Shown here: positions 48,779 through 60,593 of the stretch, piece after piece
Position numbering within the stretch: the stretch's first letter is position 1
Layout of the letters: every line of letters starts with the position of its first letter
Assembly: GCF_018977255.1 (NCBI RefSeq)
Contig: NW_024704743.1
Location: 47,928,001 to 47,992,000, forward strand
Reading direction: 5' to 3'
DNA: 64,000 nucleotides
Source: Callorhinchus milii
Lineage: Eukaryota
Program-made: the position numbers and the translations under genes
Notes under the pieces: generated by a model
Database searches by the model: none
The model's input: only the letters and a program-made list of their open reading frames with translations
Told to the model about the DNA's origin: nothing

Positions 48779-49103
48779 GGAGTCCTGTAGCTCAGTGGTT
48801 AGAGCACTCGCTTTGCAAGCGAGAGACCTGAGTTCAATTCCAGGCAGGGCGAAACCTTGGGCAAGTTTCCTTACTCCACACGCCTAATAATAATAATCCC
48901 TCCAAAAGAACAAAACAATAATAAATTGGTCATTTTCAATCTACGACTGTTTGTGGGACATTGCTGTGCGCAATTGGCTGCCACGTTCGCCCACAAATAT
49001 GCAGTCAATTCACTTTACAGTATATTCTGTGAAGCGCTTTGAGATGTCTAGAAGACGCGAAAAGCGCTATATCAAATGCAAGGATTATTATTATATTATT
49101 ATT
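48779..49103 (+). mobile_element. Full-length tRNA-Ala/Deu SINE, short form
   Basis: ggagtcctgtagctcagtggttagagcactcgctttgcaagcgag.., Deu block and tail with (ATT)n. Confidence 0.95.
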
Positions 49104-49388
49104 ACACACAGAAACGTAATAATCCTAATTCTTGTGTTTGACATAATACCTTATCACATTGTTGATATGTCTAATAAGCAGTTCACAGGATATACTGTAA
49201 AGTGCTGTCCCTGTGTCTGGAATGGAAGGCACAATCTCTCCTGCAGGGACACACATTGCTTACCTAATTCCGAAGAGTGTTAGGGACTGTTTGGCGATAG
49301 CCAGAGCTTAGGGCCCAGAGTATGCATTTGGTTACTGCCGGAGTTCAACCTACTAAAACTACAAAGCTTGCCATTGAGAGCACCGTCT

Positions 49389-49743
49389 AATAACAATAAA
49401 CCTTGCATTTGATATTAGCACCTTATCAGGTCTTCAAGACATCTCAAAGCGCTTCACAGAATATACTGTAAACTGAATTGGCTGAATATTTTATGGGAGA
49501 AATGTGGCAGCCAATTGCGCACAGCAGTGTCCCACAAATAGTCGTAGATTGAGTGACTTTTTTAAGGAATTATTCCCCGGAAAAGCAATTCGCCATTCGA
49601 CTAACAGCCAGGTTCCTACTTACTGCTGGGTAAACAGAGGCATGTGGAGCAAGGAAACTTGCTCACTGTTTCGCCCTGCCGGGAATCAAACCCAAGTCTC
49701 TCATTTGTGAGGCGAGTGCTCTGACCACTGAGCTACAGGACTC
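49389..49743 (-). mobile_element. Full-length tRNA/Deu SINE, long form
   Basis: Tail, Deu block, ggttcctacttactgctgggtaaacagagg and head ccactgagctacaggactc. Confidence 0.95.
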
Positions 49744-50767
49744 AATTAGTCCAGTAAGCTTCCTGCTATTTGTCCAGCTAGGACCACCCTAACTTTACAG
49801 CTTGGTTTGCAGGGATAATAGTTACTAAGTGGGAAGATACCCCAACCCCACTTATCACGGGTTTGCCCCTCCAAGTCTTGCTAATGAACCAGGCTGGCTG
49901 GTCTGTCATCAGCGGTGCCCTGGAGTACTGCAGACCTGGTTGGCTCAGGACCAGATTCCCAAGACCACTAAATAGGGTTGACTATTTCGACATTCCATTA
50001 CCACTCTGGAGCCAGCTCAAGAAGTTCCTCCTTACCTTCCCACTCAAGTAAACTGATTAAAAAGCTTCATATTACATGTTTTTGCTTTAATGTTATGAAC
50101 GCAGTTAAAGTAAAAGAATTGGTATCATTTACAGTGATAGGTTTTTAGCTGTTTTTGTTCCAAACTGATTTATAGTCACTGTATCCATATTTGAGCCTAG
50201 TTAATGCTGCAGTATATTAAAGCCAGTATACCTGCATCATAATTTCACCCATTATTTGAAATGACATTTTTACTGGAACAGAATTTTTTGCTTTCAATGG
50301 AAATCTAATGGGAACATTTTCTTTTCTAATATTATCTAAAATGTATCATCCCAGTGTGGAAAATATGTCATCTTGTTGTATTGCAACCAGAGAACATAAT
50401 CATGAACTAAGACACAAATGTATTGACAGGTAAACCACTGAGTTTCAATTGGCAAAAAAAACAACTCATGAAGAGGTCGAAATTCTGTGCTCTACATAGC
50501 AAATTTGAAGCGCTTTTAGATGTCTCGACGACATGATAAAGTGCTGTATCAAATGCAAGATTCTAATTAAATGTGAGATAGATTGGTCATGGAAGAATGC
50601 AAAATTCCCATGGACAGATTGGATGGATTTTGTGGAATTCTAATTGTGCCATTCAACTCAACATGTGTTCTGAGAGGAGGTTCTTAAAGTAGGAAATTGA
50701 TGTATTTTTGGAAGAATATCACAACTACAGTATCTATATGTGCGGCTCTTTGAAACAGCGTAAAGTA

Positions 50768-51086
50768 TAGTTCGATTCTCGGGCAAGGTGAAATGTTAGG
50801 CAAGTTTCCTTACTCCACACGCCTGTTTACCTAGCAGTAATAAGATAATAATAATTATAATCTTTGCATTTGATATCGTGCCTTATCACGTCTTCAAGAC
50901 ATCTCAAAGTGCTTCACAGAATTCTGTATACTGTAAATTGAATTGATTGTATATTTAGTGGGCGAAGCACGGCAGCCAATTGTGCACAGCAGTGTCCCAC
51001 AAACAGTCGTGGATTGAGTGACCAAATTTTTTTTTGGAGGAGATTATTACCCCAAGAAAGCGATTTGTCAATCGATGAACAACCGG
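50768..51086. mobile_element. SINE head (+, 50768-50840) fused to SINE body and tail (-, 50841-51086)
   Basis: Plus-strand gttcgattctc..cctagcagtaa is followed by reverse-strand tail, Deu block and linker. Confidence 0.85.
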
Positions 51087-51094
51087 TAAGACTG

Positions 51095-51440
51095 AAGGCC
51101 ATGAGCTTGTCTAATCTTTTCTCATCCCTCTAAAACTAGGGATCATGCTCAGTGTTCTTCTCTGCACTGCTTCTAGGGCCTGGGAGTCTGCTTATGTCAC
51201 GGGGACTAGAAATGATTGCAGTACTCAAGGTGTGTCCTGGCTAAAGCATTGTGTAACTTCAATAAGATCTTTGGAAATCTGAACTCAATTTATTTGGAAA
51301 TCTAAGATAGCATTCTAATTGCCTTACTTATTGCTGTCTCCCACTGTTTTGACATGGTGAGCAATGTGTCAACTAACAACCCTAGAAATCTTTCAGCTTC
51401 CCCTTGACAAGTTCTATCCCATCCAAGTATATGTGTTTCC
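51095..51440 (-). mobile_element. Degenerate CR1 ORF2 fragment
   Basis: ttctctgcactgcttctagggcc and tgcagtactcaaggtgtgtcctggctaaagcattgtgta (reverse of LY..LVRPHLEYC). Confidence 0.7.
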
Positions 51441-52644
51441 TTTTTTAAACAATAAATTACTGAAGTTTAGACAAGTCTCTACCAGTAGCTCTGAAACTCT
51501 GATCCAGTTTATTAATATTAATCTCAAAACATAACAATCTGTGCAAGGCAATTGGCAGTATTGTAAATTTATTGTAAATTATTTTTGAGACAAGTTTAGT
51601 CACGAGGGAATTTAAAGGGATAGCCATCATATTTGTAAACTGGGTCTATTTTGAATTTTAAAAGCAAAGTTATATTTGGATAATGCTTTCCTCAAATGCA
51701 TGGATAGAAAATTTCAATGGTAAAAGATATTATTGAAGCATTACTTCAGGCATACTTCATCCATGTTGATCTGAGGTTTTAATTAATAATGACCTTTTAG
51801 GTTACACAAGCTTTATTACAGGAAAAGCTACACAGTGATGATCATAAAGACGATTAGACATTTGCAACTTTTAGTGGGAAAAAACATCAATGAATTGTAG
51901 ATTGGTGACTTTGCAGGAATGTAATTATAGGTAGACAACAATACAAAATTACTGAGCTTTCTGACCTTTAATCGCAAAACAAATGATTCAGGCAGCCTGC
52001 AAGGGAATCATTATCTGCACATCATCTTTTACCTGACAAAACCCCAAACAACTCCAATGAAATGCATTTGTCTCTCAGATTTAGTTAACATAAACCTAAG
52101 GTTTTCAGGCAGACACACAATCTACTTCAGCCTCTGTAAGACGTTCCATAAATTCTTATTAGCAGAACAATAATAAGTAGAAACTAGTGCTTTGCAAGGT
52201 ATTTCTACTTTTGCATGCCATATTTATTATGAACACAAAGGCTTTCACAAATGTACATAGCAAGCATTAATCACACCCCTTGAAACAGCAAGCTTTGAAA
52301 ACTGGAATTTGTTATTGGTGAATTATACACAATAGTTAAAAGCAGTTATTAAACGTTCCTTTAAGGTTGTTTACTGTGACTTGTCTCAGCTCATCAGCTT
52401 TCTCATAATCCAATACTCATTTTGCCTGCTTTGTTCTGTCAAAGAGGCGCCACAACTTTTTCAAATAAGGAACTGATATATATGTTAAAGCTTTGGGCAA
52501 GACCATTGTCCCAGACAAGTTAAAGGTTACCAATAAATCATGCAACTGTACAGTATAATAAAGAATCACTCCCAAGCGAAATTCCATTATCGAGCAGTTA
52601 TGGTGAGTTGAATGAGTTATGTAACTAACCTGCCATCTAGCAGG

Positions 52645-52676
<32 letters not shown>

Positions 52677-53020
52677 TCCTTGCATTTGTATGGCGCCTTA
52701 TCAAGCCTTCGTGATATCTCAAAGTGCTTCACAGAATATATTGTAAAGTGAATTGACTGCATATGTTGTGAGCGAAACGCGACAGCAATTGCGCACAGCA
52801 GTGTCCCACAAACAGTCGTGGATTGAGTGACCAAATTATTATTTTTTGTGTTTTTATTTTATTTTTGAAGGGATAATTACCCCCAGAAAAGCGATCCACC
52901 GATCGACTGATAACCAGGTTCCTATTTACTGCTAGGTAAACAGAGGTTAGTGGAGTAAGGAAAACTGTCTAATGTTTTGCCCTGCCCTGGTATCAAACCC
53001 AGGTCCTTGAGCTCTAATCA
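52645..53020 (-). mobile_element. tRNA/Deu SINE, long form
   Basis: (AAT)n tail, Deu block, ttactgctaggtaaacagagg and atcaaacccaggtcc. Confidence 0.92.
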
Positions 53021-53081
53021 GTACACTGCAGAACTTTAATGCCCTTGTTGATGCTTTGGTTGAATTCAGCTAGACTATGGG

Positions 53082-54202
53082 CTTTGTTGCCTCTAATGGT
53101 TTCTCCTCCAGCCCCAGTACTGTCTGGAATCCCCCACGGCTCTGTCCTTGGCCCTTTCCTCTTTAATACCTACATGCTCCCCCTCGGTGACATCATCTGC
53201 AGACATGGGGTCAACTTCCATATGTATGCGGATGACACCCAACTCTATCTTTCTGACGCCACCCTCAACTCCAGGACCACTGCTGTCCTGACAGACTGTC
53301 TGTCGGACATCAAGTCCTGGATGAGGGCAAATTTCCTACAGTTGAATGTGAACAAGACTGAGGCCCTCCTGATTGCCTCGCGCCAGCGCCTCAGCACCTC
53401 AGACTCTGGCAGCATCAACCTCCATGGTTTCTCACTACAACTCACCAAGCCAGTCAGGAACCTGGGTGTCTTGTTCAACCCTCAACTGTCCTTTCTTCCC
53501 CAAATCCAAGCCATGACCCACTCTGCCTTCCCTCACCTCCGTAACATTGCCCGACTCCGCCACTCCCTCACCCCTCAGGCCACTGAAACTCTTGTTCATG
53601 CCTTCATCACCTCCAGGCTCGACTATGTAAACGCTGCTTGTCGGCCTTCCCAACTCCTCCCTCCACAGGCTGCAGATAACCCAGAACTCTGCAGCTTGTG
53701 TCCTCTTCCGCACCAAACTTTGTGACCTCATCTCCCCCACTCTCGCCCGACTCCATTGGCTCCCTATCCTTCAGAGGATCCAGTTCAAGATCCTGGTCCT
53801 CATCTGCAAAGCCCTCCATGACCTCGTCCCACCCTACCGCTGCGACCTCCTAACCCCCTACCAACCCGCGCGTTCCCTCCGCTCAGCCGGCTCTGGCCTG
53901 CTCCACGTCTCCCAACCCACCCGCCCCACCATTGGCGGGAGAGCCTTCAGCCACTCTGACCCCAACCTCTGGAATTCCATCCCCCAATCACTCTGCCTCG
54001 CCCCTCCTTAGCCTCCTGCAAGTCCTGCCTCAAGACCCTTCTCTTTGACAATGCCATCGGCCACCCCCCTTCCCCTCCCCTCCCTTCCCCATCCTGACCC
54101 CTGCTCAGTTCTGAAATGCTGTACACTGTCTAGCGCCTTAGGATGTCCTCCCGACGTGAAAGGTGCCATACAAATGTAATCTTGCTGTTGTTGTTGTTGT
54201 TG
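53082..54202 (+). mobile_element. 5'-truncated L2 LINE, very similar to 4220-5368
   Basis: [27 protein letters not shown] and SRLDY, with a frameshift near 53630 and a (TTG)n tail. Confidence 0.95.
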
Positions 54203-56624
54203 CATCTGAGACTTTCTATTTCACTGAACATCTTACAAATTCAGTATATCCTACTTAAGGTGAAGTTCTTAGACTGAACGTAATATTTCAGATCATAAGG
54301 TCTAACCAATACTCTGTATGATTGCATTAGTGCTCATTTGCTGTTTGGATCTGATTATATCATGTACAAGTTCAACCAACAACTAGAACATCACAGTCTA
54401 ATCCACATGCATGCTGTATTTGCCCATTTTGCCCTGTCACAAGGCACAATACTGAAATAAATTCTTTCACTTGGGGTTTTCCCTTGGCTGAAAATAGCAT
54501 ATCTTTTTCTCTGGAGAAACACGAGTGTGAATATCAAATTGTTTGTAAGTTTTGAACAGGAACTTTCAAATTGGAGTCCAATATTCTTGTCTTTTAACTA
54601 ACGGGCTGTGAGAAATATTGACCTCATGCCTTTCTTTGTTGTAGTGTTGCTGCGCTGAAAACCAGTCATGCTATTTGGTAAAATATCCTTATTCACTTAA
54701 AGTTTAGAAGAATGGCAGCACACGGATGTTTTGTTGAGAATGCACTGTGCATTAAATAAGTCAGCGTGGTCCAACAGGCGGCATCCAGCCCTGCGGGTGA
54801 TTTTACCCCACGGGAAGGTAAGCAGCCCTGCGGGTGATTTTAAGCTCCACTCCCTCCCTCCCAGGGCAGTGGCAGGAGCTGGCGGTTGAGAGGATGCAGT
54901 GCGGAGACTGGAAAAAAAAGGTAGTTACTGCAGTCTGTCAAGAAGGCAAGCGTGTCTCTTACCACTGCGTCCTTAGCATAGATACAGATAAATACAAATG
55001 TAATGCTATTGAAAAGTTACAATATTACATGTGAACAACGCCTTTTGTCAGCTAGATTTTAGCATTTTTTTTGCGGGTGTTGGTTGCTGAAGGTAGGATC
55101 TTAATAATTTTCATTTGGAATGTAGTTTAACCATCACGTAAGAAGTGATATTCCACACCAATTTCACTTAATCAGAAAACAGAAATGAAACAAAAAAAAG
55201 TTTGGAACAGCAAATATATTAGAATCCAACCATTTTAATTCCCAGTGTGAAAACTAAGTTGTGTGCTTGAATAAAATGTCAAAACGATTACTAGGATTTC
55301 ATCCTGTGCCAATATAAAAAGCTATGTAAGCTTTCAAATTATTTTAAAAATACTTGTTTGTTCTTTACTTTTATTTCAGGCCCACCTTGCATTTGTGCTT
55401 TATTTTTGTTTAAGATCTGTAGTTTATAGACCTCACTGAAACAGACAACATCAGCTTTTCGTCTAAGGACCCTTTATTTTATTGTCCTTATCAGAGTCCA
55501 AATCTCTAGAGTGACTATGTGATTCCCTTTGATTTTCTAAGTTAAATAGTGTGCGTTAGGTTTTAAAACAAGCTCTCTATAACAAACATCAGTTATCCCA
55601 CCCACTTCATTGCCAAACTTTCATTTCCTCATTGTGAATTGCCTCGACTGATTGAAGGGTAGTTTCACAAGATGAAAACAGCAAGTTTTAATTGCTGCAA
55701 ATACGCAACAGCAAATGTTCTTCATTAGCGATTAATAAACACTGTTCTTTAGTCTTTTGCGTTTTTTTTCCTTCTTGCAATTTTTTGAGAAATCTTAAGA
55801 CACACAACTCTAATGATGGCATATCTGTTTCTCTCAAGTTTATTGATTTCTAAAATAATTTATTTTACATAGCAAATTGTTTCATCAAATAATAATTTAT
55901 TTCCTTAGCAATGCTTTATCATGCAAAGTTCAAATATTTAGTACAGGAGCATTGTGTGTTGTGGAGGACATTAAAGTTGAATGATTTCCGCGCTGTTTTC
56001 AATTAAAAGAATCCAGTTGTCGTGATAAACTGCAGGACCCTTTCACTGTTCAGAACCTTGATCTGACATGAATGATTCCAAAGTACAAGTACCAAGTTCC
56101 TTTGACTAGAAGGAGAAATGTTTTATTGGTGTGTTGGTATCAATTTTCTTTAAGATAAACTCCAGTGAAAGCTATCATTGTTTGTTTAAGGAGTCTGAGA
56201 CCCTACCCTGCATGGAGGGTACTATTTAAGTGCAAGTTGGTGTTGTTTGGTTGACTAGATTTTAATTCCACATAGATAATAATAATAATTTACAAATATA
56301 AAGCGCCTTTCATGTAAAAATCAATATCTCAACTGCTTTACAAAATCAAGTTGATACGAAATCAAAGTGAATGCTGTTATATGAGCAAACATGGCAGCTA
56401 ACCTGCACCATCAATGTCCTATAAACAGCAATGAGAAGAATAACAAATTACTACAATTTTAATTTGGGGTGAATTTGTATTAAAGGGGGAATATAAACCC
56501 GGATAATTGGGATAAGGACTCCACATTTCTTTGAAATAGTAATGGTAGAGCAGACTCTTTACATCCTCCTGAATCACAAGGCTGACTTCTATGGTTCCCC
56601 TAAATTGGTGTTGATTGCCAATTC

Positions 56625-57305
56625 ATAGATTCATGAACATCTTAGAAATAGGCCATTCAGCCCATTTTAATCTGGCTGGTGTTTTTACACACACAAGTGC
56701 CTATCACAGAAGATCCTAATCCTAATCCTATCTCCTGCCTTTCCCCCATATGCCTCAACTTTAATATCTCTTAAACAGGTGTCCAATCTTTTTTGACTGT
56801 GTTGATGATCGCCACCCCAATTATTGATTGTGGCAGAGAATCCCACACCCCCACCATTCAATTTCTCAGAATAATACAGAGTGTCCTTAACTGTTTAACT
56901 GCATTAAAATAAAAGCTTGTTGATAGAAGTCGAACACTTTCCTAATCTCCATTCTGGACCTCCTAGTTTTGATTCTAAACCTATGCCCTCCAATTCTAGA
57001 TGCCCTCACCATGGGAAATAATAGTTCCCTATCCACCCTATTTAAGCCTCTCATCTTCTTATATATCTCTATTATATCCCCTTTCAGCCTTCTGAGCTCC
57101 AAAGAAAATATCCCCAGTTTATCAAGCTTTTCCCTATAATTGCATTTCCTCATTCCAAGCAACAGTGTGGTGAATCATCTTTGTACCTTATCGAGCACCT
57201 TACCATCTTTCCTATAATGAGAAGCCTAAACTGCACAAAGAATTCCAACTGTGGCCTGACCATTCTTTTGAATGGATACAACATGACCTCCTTATTCTTA
57301 TACTG
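56625..57305 (-). mobile_element. CR1 LINE 3' fragment
   Basis: Minus ORF NYREKLDKLGIFSLELRRLKGDIIEIYKKMRG. Tail-like catagattcatgaac. Confidence 0.85.
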
Positions 57306-57384
57306 TTATATAAAGGAACTACATTCACTCAGTCTGTGAATTAATGTATACAAGGAAGACCTAGTATGGTTTCAAACCTCTGGA

Positions 57385-57560
57385 TTCCACAAGACCTCGG
57401 TTTAAATTCTCACCAAAAGACACCACCCTCAATATTGTAACACTACCCCAGTACTGCACAGGAGTGTTAGCTGAAATTATAATCTCAAACCCAGATGTGG
57501 AGCTTGAACTCACAATCTTTTGAGCAAAAGAGAAACGTGCCATTAACTGAACCAGGCCTT
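57385..57560 (-). mobile_element. SacSINE-like SINE 5' half
   Basis: cctcggtttaaattctca..ccccagtactgcacaggagtgttagc..cttgaactcacaatc. Confidence 0.7.
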
Positions 57561-58374
57561 ACCATGTATTATAAATTACTTGTATCATCAGCAGTATCAG
57601 TAACAAATTACACTGGAATATTTGCCATTATTTGCCAAGCAAATTATTAGAAATTCAAAGAGCTCTGATGCTTCATTTATAGCCAAAGGGTTTCTCCAGA
57701 GTTAAAAAAGGTTAACTTTATTCTTTGTGAATAATACAGAATTTCTTCATGTGCCACATTGAAATTGACCATACACTTCACTTGATCATCTCTATTCATT
57801 CCTCAGAACAATACACAAGAGTGCCCTTTAATATTTAACTGCATTAACATAAAAGCTCATTGACATAATTCAAACACTCAAACTGTTAGATATATTGTGC
57901 AAGCAGAAATATTGAAGCTTCATGCTTTTAAAAGGTTTGCAACTTTCAATTATTACAGCAATTCTGCTTATTCCCTTGGCTTCGATAGCTAGCAAGCATA
58001 CAACAGAAATGAAGCAAATGCTATGATGACTGGTTTATCAGCAACCTTGTCACTGATGTTTACATAGTCTTAAGTTTACAAAGTTATGATTCAGGTTTAG
58101 GAATGCCTTCTATTGATAATATATACTATATAAAGTCAATTGATTTATCCAAGCATTCAGCTGTTTAACATCTGATTTTGCTGTTGAGTCCACTATCCCA
58201 TGTGCAATTTTCTCGAGACAACTCGGGAACAAACACATATTCAATCATTACACTGCAAGGGAAAAAAATACGTAAAATTTAAGAGGTCAGAGGCAAGCAA
58301 ACTTTTAGGCCATTCAGTCAGTTTAAAATGCCTTTGAAAAAATATTCTCTGCTACCAAACTGCTGTTAAAGATT

Positions 58375-58600
58375 TGCACCTGAAAGCTTAGCCACCGATG
58401 GTGATGCGGATTGGGGAGGGGACACACAGCAAGCCTGAGTTAGCCGAACAGAGGTGGTGAAGACGGGTGGGGGGTGCAGGTAGAGGATTGGGGTAGGAGC
58501 AGATCAGAGAAATCGAGGAGTGCTAGGGCGTGAAGAGATTTCTGGATAAGGATGAGAACCCTGAATTGATGGCTGGGAAGCAGGGAGTCAGTGGAGGCAA
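58375..58600 (-). mobile_element. Degenerate L2 3' fragment
   Basis: tgaaagcttagccaccgatggtg..ggatgagaaccctgaattga..gggagtcagtggag. Confidence 0.65.
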
Positions 58601-58774
58601 GGATTTAGGTGATGGATATAAGTGCAATGTAAAACATGTGCCTCGCAACAACAAATCAAACTACAACATAGCTTAATTCTAAACAAGTCAACTGGTTGTC
58701 TACATTGCAACCTGGGATTAAAATCCTAGAACATACGGCAGAGCAGACCAATATTTGGGTTGTTGATACAATAT

Positions 58775-58832
58775 AATACAAAATTACATTTGTAAAGCGC
58801 CTTTCACGTCAGGAGGACATCCCAAGGCACTG
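58775..58832 (-). mobile_element. Tail-only L2 insertion
   Basis: aacaaaattacatttgtaaagcgcctttcacgtcaggaggacatcccaaggcactg. Confidence 0.75.
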
Positions 58833-59043
58833 ATTTGAAGGATTTGAGAAAAGTCAGCCGGCCACAAAAACAATATTTTTGTGTTTTTTTTCCAGAAATA
58901 TAATCCATAAGAATCATCTAGAAATCCTATGTTTTAAATTGTGTAACTTAATTTCACTGTGTTTTAATTACAATGTAAACTTTAAATAGGCAATGTAAAA
59001 ATCCATACACATTTTAGAACAATAATACAGCCAGCAACAAGGT

Positions 59044-59108
59044 ATCTGTCTCTGTATCTCTCTCTCTCTCTGTACCTGTGTGTGTGTGTCTCTGTATCTA
59101 GCTCTCTC
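59044..59108. repeat. Compound (TC)n/(TG)n microsatellite
   Basis: Direct reading of the sequence. Confidence 0.85.
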
Positions 59109-59859
59109 TTATTACTGGTCTGAAAGTGATTGACCTGTTCTGCTGTCAGAGGTGACTGGGAGCTGATAGTTGGACCCCTCTGACATGAGGGATCCCAGGG
59201 AGCCGTCCCCGAATCACAAACCACTATTTGCAACCTACTAATAAGAAATTTCCTCGTCACAGCAGTGTCTACATAGTCACAAAAACAATAACGATAGCAC
59301 AGTAACAATAACAGTTTAGCAGCAACAAAAGTTGACCCATAACTGTCAGTCCAGCTACCACTAAAATATAGTGATAAAACAACATGTGAATGATGTTGTG
59401 CAGCATTCTTGAATTCTATTCAATTTGTTGAGTTTTAGTTCATCACTATTGCTGCAGGGCCAAGCCATTTTTAATAGTAAACAAATGAAAAGAAAAGCTC
59501 ACAGACTGTATATAAGGAACTGAATGAAGTTCATGACTAGACCTGAACCACACATTCATTTAGTTAACTTTTTTCATCATCATGCCGATTTGATGATTTA
59601 TACATTAATAAACAGGCACATGTCACTGATTCAATTAATGTTCAATGATCAAATTATAACGCACTGGGGTCACTTTAACTTTTCAAATCTGTTAGCCAAA
59701 AAGCTGACAAAGAGTGAGTGAATGTAGACAAGGTTCACATGGCATGTATGAATGAGTGAACGTATGGCTTCCAAACAACTGATCACAGCAGATACGAGAA
59801 AGTAACTATTGAGCTTCAGTTCAAAAAAGGTCTTTGGCTCAACTGATTTGATTGTTCCA

Positions 59860-60035
59860 TAATAATACTTTTTGCATTTGATATAGCGCCTTATCACATC
59901 TTCGAGACATCACAAAGAGCTTAACAGAATATACTGTAAAGTGAATTGACTGTATATATTTTGTAGGTAAAACGCCACAGCCAATTGCGCACAGCAGTGT
60001 CCCACAAACAGTAGTGCATTGAGTGACCAAATTAT
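59860..60035 (-). mobile_element. Deu SINE 3' half
   Basis: ttgcatttgatatagcgcc..cagccaattgcgcacagcagtgtcccacaaacag. Confidence 0.9.
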
Positions 60036-60084
60036 TCAAATAATTACTTCTGACAAACATTCAAACCTACTGTTTTCCTATTAT

Positions 60085-60330
60085 AGCATCAAGTTGTACC
60101 TAAATAAGTAAAGTGTCTTGGCCTCAAACATCCTTCCTGTTAATCACTTGCAGCTGTTGATTACTCTCTGTGTAAAGAAATACTTCCTGAAGTCTGTCCT
60201 AAATGTAGCCTTCATCATCCTGAATCTGTGCCCTCTTGTCCTGCTGCCTTGACATATCTGAAAATATTCTTAGATATTTACTATCCCAATCCTATTAAAC
60301 ATTGTATATGTCTTTATGAAGGTCACTCTG
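60085..60330 (-). mobile_element. Degenerate CR1 3' fragment
   Basis: actctctgtgtaaagaaatacttcctgaagtctgtcctaaa and aatctgtgccctcttgtcc. Confidence 0.65.
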
Positions 60331-60349
60331 AAATATCTCACTGCTCATA

Positions 60350-60565
60350 CTTCATAACTGTTTGTGAACCATTGCTGTGTGAAAATTATCTGCCGCAAAT
60401 TGCCTGCTGCATGCCACAAAGTAGTCACTGCACTTTGAGACGTGATAAGAAGTTATTTCAAATGCAAGAATTATTATTATTATTGCAGTACATCATGTGA
60501 AGTGTTTTAAGATACCCTCCCATCTAGGAAAGCACTGTATAAATGCAAGGATTATTATCATTATC
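60350..60565 (+). mobile_element. Degenerate Deu SINE 3' parts (two tails)
   Basis: ctgtttgtgaaccattgctgtgtg, and tails ending aaatgcaagaattattatt and aaatgcaaggattattatc. Confidence 0.6.
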
Positions 60566-60593
60566 GCTTAAATAACAGAGGACGTTTGAATGG

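Larger units (their letters stand above)
48170..49975 (+). repeat. Unclassified interspersed repeat (copy E) in three pieces, 48170-48295, 49210-49388 and 49745-49975, separated by SINEs
   Basis: The pieces are collinear with 9120-9300 and 9670-9990. Confidence 0.7.
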
